Shown in pieces: positions 63,160 to 64,000 of a stretch of DNA of 64,000 nucleotides; positions within the stretch are counted from its first letter, which is position 1, and the number at the start of each line of letters is the position of its first letter. Origin of the DNA: Pseudolabrys sp. (lineage in GTDB: Bacteria > Pseudomonadota > Alphaproteobacteria > Rhizobiales > Xanthobacteraceae); contig DASRLA010000007.1 of NCBI GenBank assembly GCA_035648715.1, positions 6,445 to 70,444 on the forward strand, given 5' to 3'. The position numbers and the translations under genes were made by a program. The notes under the pieces were generated by a model, which was given only the letters and a program-made list of their open reading frames with translations, made no database searches and was not told the origin of the DNA.

Positions 63160-64000
63160 ATGAACATCAAATCGATCGAACCGATCGCCATCAGCCTGCC
63201 GATGATCAAGCCCGTGATCATGGCGGGCGAGGAAGTCCACCGCGCCGACAATGTGCTGGTGCGGATCGAAACCGATAGCGGCATTGTCGGCTGGGGCGAA
63301 GCGGCCTCGGCGCCGACCATGACCGGCGATACGCTCGAAAGCATCGTCTTTGGCGTGCATTATCTCGAACCGGCCCTGCGCGGCCGTCCAGCCGCCGATA
63401 TCGCCGGCGCGCTCGCCGCGATGGATGCGCGCATGTACGGCAATCAGGGCGCCAAGGCGGCGATCGAAATCGCGCTGCATGACCTCACCGGCAAAGCCAC
63501 CTCGATGCCGATGCATGCTTTGCTCGGCAACGCCAGGCGCCGGCACGTTCCCTTGCTGACCGTGATCGGCGGCGGCGACGCCGAGGGCGACATTCGCGAC
63601 GCCGAAAAGAAAAAAGCCGCCGGCTTCACCGCCTACAAGATCAAGGTCGGCGTCGATAGCGCGGCCAACGACGCGGCACGCACAGTCGCCATCTGCAAGG
63701 CGCTCGGTCCCGGCCTGCTGATTTCGGCCGACGCCAACCAGGGCTTTTCCGTCGACGAAGCCGTCGCCTATGTACGCGCGGTGAAAGGCCGCGGCCTCGA
63801 CTTCCTCGAGCAGCCGGTCGATGCGCACGATCTCGCCGGCATGGCGCACGTCGCCAAGGAAGCAGGCGAGATCGCCATCGGCGCCGATGAAGGCATTCAT
63901 GCGCTCGCCGATATTCAGCGCCATCACGATACTAAAGCCGCGCGCGGCGTCAGCCTGAAAGCCATCAAGCTCGGCGGCGCGCGCGCCGTGGTAGCGGCGG
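63160..64000 (+). CDS. mandelate racemase/muconate lactonizing enzyme family (partial, runs off the window end)
   Basis: MNIKSIEPIAISLP..., GWGEA, YKIKVG, ADANQG, LEQP, ADEG, LKAIKLGG read from the + strand. Confidence 0.9.
   Translation, partial: MNIKSIEPIAISLPMIKPVIMAGEEVHRADNVLVRIETDSGIVGWGEAASAPTMTGDTLESIVFGVHYLEPALRGRPAADIAGALAAMDARMYGNQGAKAAIEIALHDLTGKATSMPMHALLGNARRRHVPLLTVIGGGDAEGDIRDAEKKKAAGFTAYKIKVGVDSAANDAARTVAICKALGPGLLISADANQGFSVDEAVAYVRAVKGRGLDFLEQPVDAHDLAGMAHVAKEAGEIAIGADEGIHALADIQRHHDTKAARGVSLKAIKLGGARAVVAA

Overview
GC-rich alphaproteobacterial chromosomal window (Hyphomicrobiales-like gene content; inferred). Most of it is housekeeping and catabolic or transport genes: map, radC, pyrE, a 2-oxoacid/acetoin dehydrogenase E1a-E1b-E2 operon, chrB-chrA, NitT-type ABC, TRAP and Liv-type ABC transporters, benzoate-CoA ligase, two MetE-core paralogs, tandem deacetylases and an amidase. 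Several families of short palindromic repeats are scattered through it, one inserted in-frame in the E2 gene. The accessory hotspot is about 37.2-44.6 kb and has three parts. (1) A ~500-nt, hairpin-dense non-coding region directly behind a near-consensus rhizobial sigma70 promoter, a candidate large ncRNA. (2) A yefM-yoeB toxin-antitoxin pair with its TGTACA operator. (3) Two different cargo-carrying IS1595-family transposons inserted back-to-back into the same site, with the 9-bp duplication CATAAGATA present three times. The two transposons have different terminal inverted repeats but closely related, atypical catalytic cores. Their cargo includes a HipA-like kinase/DUF3037 pair, a winged-helix plus resolvase-type HTH protein and an unknown protein. 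A separate AT-rich islet (~27.5-28.9 kb) carries an orphan OmpR-type regulator. No rRNA, tRNA or CRISPR array was seen. All family assignments are from motif recognition by eye, not database searches.
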